Below are positions 60,703 through 64,000 of a stretch of 64,000 nt of DNA, piece after piece. The notes under the pieces are model-generated. The model worked only from the letters and a program-made list of their open reading frames with translations, searched no databases and was not told the DNA's origin. The translations under genes and the position numbers were made by a program. Origin of the DNA: the human T2T-CHM13v2.0 reference genome, Homo sapiens; the NCBI RefSeq assembly GCF_009914755.1, contig NC_060933.1; one strand, written 5' to 3'. The number at the start of each line of letters is the position of its first letter. Within the stretch, counting starts at the first letter, position 1.

Positions 60703-61711
60703 TAGGCTCGGAAGCCATACTACTGAAAATGAAGGGATAATGGGCACTTAGGTCCAATCTCAGCCAAAAAGAAGGGGTAAAATTGAAGAATTGACTAGAA
60801 GCATTGGGAGCAGTTTTTCTAGATAGCAATTTTTTGCATCCTTAAGCTTTAAATAAGCTGACCTCATTTGTGCAGCTGCATAGCCCACAAATAAACCAAC
60901 ACAAATGAGTTTAGAGTCACTTTTGAGTACCTAAATAAAATAAAATTAAACTAAATTAAAATTTTAAAATCTTCCTTGCTCTTAAAATTGTTACCTATGT
61001 GCCAAAGATATAGAATACATTGACACACCTTTAACTTTTTCAGTTAAGGCATATTTTAAGGGGATAAAGGCTATGTCACTTTTCTTTGTAACAATACAAT
61101 CATTCATTTAAGATTATATTTATCATTAAAGCCCCTCTCTTCCTAAATAAGACGTATCCACATGTTACATTGTTAAGAGACATGACTTCATTGTTTCCTG
61201 GATTTTGCAAGCTATGTAAAATATTTGCCTGGTTTTAAGAGTGAAATTTAAATACCGTGTCCTAAAAATTAGTAAGAAAAAATATTAATGGAAGCAAATA
61301 TGATTTTAGGGATAATCCCTAAATTATTTTACGATTTGGATATCAGCCATAATATATTAGAGGTTGAAAGTATCAGCATTTATACACAATGGAAGGGCAT
61401 AAATATGGCATTCAAAGAGTGGTAAGTAGGAATAGAAGTTAATTTACAGTCAGGATGCTATTTAATCCCTGGGTAGAAAAGAGGATACTGCTAATACCAG
61501 TATTTATCTAATGCAGTATTACTATTGTTAAATGGGAAACTTAAGGTTTATGTTTCATTAAAAGACTTTATTTTCAATCCAACATTTTGTTTTCCTTTTT
61601 GCCTTAATTGAACGTAATTGGATAGATACCAAACTCAGACTTGCCGTATGTTCTCTGACTTAAGGTTTTAGGTGAATTCTCTTTATGGTCTGCCTCTTAG
61701 GGTATTGTTAA

Positions 61712-62052
<341 letters not shown>

Positions 62053-63782
62053 AAACTTGATTATTTAAACCCCTTTACCTCTCCCCTCCAAATTACGTAA
62101 TGAATGAATGGTTACGTAAATGTCAATTTTTAGTTCACAAATACAGTCCTATTAGGCACAGTTTTTCTCTGTTGGCAAATTTCCTTTATTGTCTCTTCTC
62201 CTTTGACTGGATCCCTGCCTCCGGAAAGTGGAAAATTCGGCACTCTTCTTTCAAAAGACAAACTGTCCTTTACCTGCTGCTCAAGTGAGGGGCTGTGGGG
62301 TTGTGGGGCTGTATTTTCCCCTGAACTGACAGCCCCACACAGGCGTCCTGCGTAACTATCACTTGCTACTTTGTGGCATTTCATTTCCAATCTCAGGTCT
62401 CTGACGACTGCTTCTTTGGAATATTTGCATCTCTCAAACTGGTAAGAAGTGACTTCCTGGAAACAAATTGCTTTCATGTTTTCTTGTCAGCCTGAGAGGT
62501 TCTCTTTAATAGTTTATTGGCTGCTGTCCTTTTGTTAGTAATAGTCACAACAGCTAACATGTATGGAACACCGCTCTGTGGGACTCTGGGCCAAGCATTT
62601 CATGTGCATTATTAATTTGATTTTCTCAATAAATAAGCTACTGTTATCCCTGTCAACCAGTGTGCCATTATGATGCCCATTTAAGGATGAGAAAACAAAG
62701 GCATATGGTGAAACCAGGTTCTAACTTGGATCTGTTTGATTCCAAATTAGCTCAGTTTTAGCAGATCCAGAGAGGTATACCCCATCTCTGAAAATACAGG
62801 CTTCTTCTCTAGCTACAACATTTTAAGAATGATTTTGAACTTATTTAAAATTTTCAATTGACTAATTGCAAACCACCATGCACTAGAGATACAGGATGGA
62901 TGAACTATTCACTGTTGCTGCTCTCAGAGTCCTTACCATTAGGTGGAAGGAGACAGACAAGCAAATTGCCTAACATGTTACAGATGGAATTGAAAAGGCA
63001 TCTTTCCGTAAGAAACAGCAGCCGTTCCTTTTAAGGGTGGACAGAACTAATGGACAAACAATCAATATACACACAGATAAGTTAGTACACACACTTCCAG
63101 CTGAACCCCCTTCTGTCCCCCATCCCACCACCCAATTATTAAAATGACTTCAGATTTTCATTGCTGAATTTGATGTCTCAGATTTTGACTTTAGGGGAAA
63201 AAAAATCACTTGATGAGAGCTAAGCAGAAATTTTCTGCAAAGATTATGGTTGCATGAATAGATTTAGCTAATACTCCATATAGTTTTTGTTTTTACTGGA
63301 AATGATTTTTGAGTGAGAGCAAGTGGTGAGGTTTTATCCCAGAAGACAACACTTTCTAAAAGCAGGTGAAACTAAGTTAAAATTAGTCATCATGAAAGTC
63401 TGACAGTGTGTTCCTTCTGGTAAATTCTGTAATTTTCAACACAGTTGCCCTATTAATTGTATGCTTATAATTGGTTATGTATCAAAGTCTGAAAGACCAT
63501 GAAACTGATGTTAGTATTGAGCACGTTAAATCTTGAGCCACTTGCAAGGAGTGTCTGCCTTTGGATAGACTGTTACATGGTAGTTTGAATCTCCCTGAAC
63601 AATATTAAAAATTTTGTTAAATTTAACAAAAAAAATTTGTTAAATTAAAAAAATATTTGTTAAAAAGATTGCTGATGATCAGCAAAGATCTTGACTTGGA
63701 AATCTTTGACAGAAAGGGTTTTCTAGCAAATTGCAAACCTTATGATAAGAAATGCCATAGCTTTGTATGAAAAATGACTTAA

Positions 63783-64000
<218 letters not shown>

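Overview
Vertebrate (human/primate, Alu-rich) genomic DNA lying entirely inside SMARCA2 (BRM, the SNF2-family ATPase of SWI/SNF/BAF), transcribed on the + strand. Nineteen coding exons with GT-AG boundaries can be traced (about exons 5-23 in the usual 34-exon numbering, which I give from memory). They total 2502 nt and splice into one open frame: Pro-rich linker, HSA helix, post-HSA region, BRK domain, acidic linker, the DEXDc ATPase lobe ([18 protein letters not shown]) and the start of the HELICc lobe. The rest is intron with about a dozen Alus, L1/L2/MIR fragments, MaLR solo LTRs (MLT1A-like, THE1), hAT DNA transposons (MER58A, Charlie1-like), microsatellites and small duplications. The gene is well known, and there is no sign of any prokaryotic-type system. 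The best candidate for something undescribed is a possible post-transcriptional control cluster around the CpG-island exon: (1) a strong upstream 3' splice site that gives an immediate stop followed by an in-frame ATG, with a G-quadruplex motif between the two acceptors; (2) a stop-containing cassette with a perfect donor in the next intron; (3) splice signals for an antisense transcript upstream. These are sequence-based hypotheses and need RNA-seq and conservation checks.
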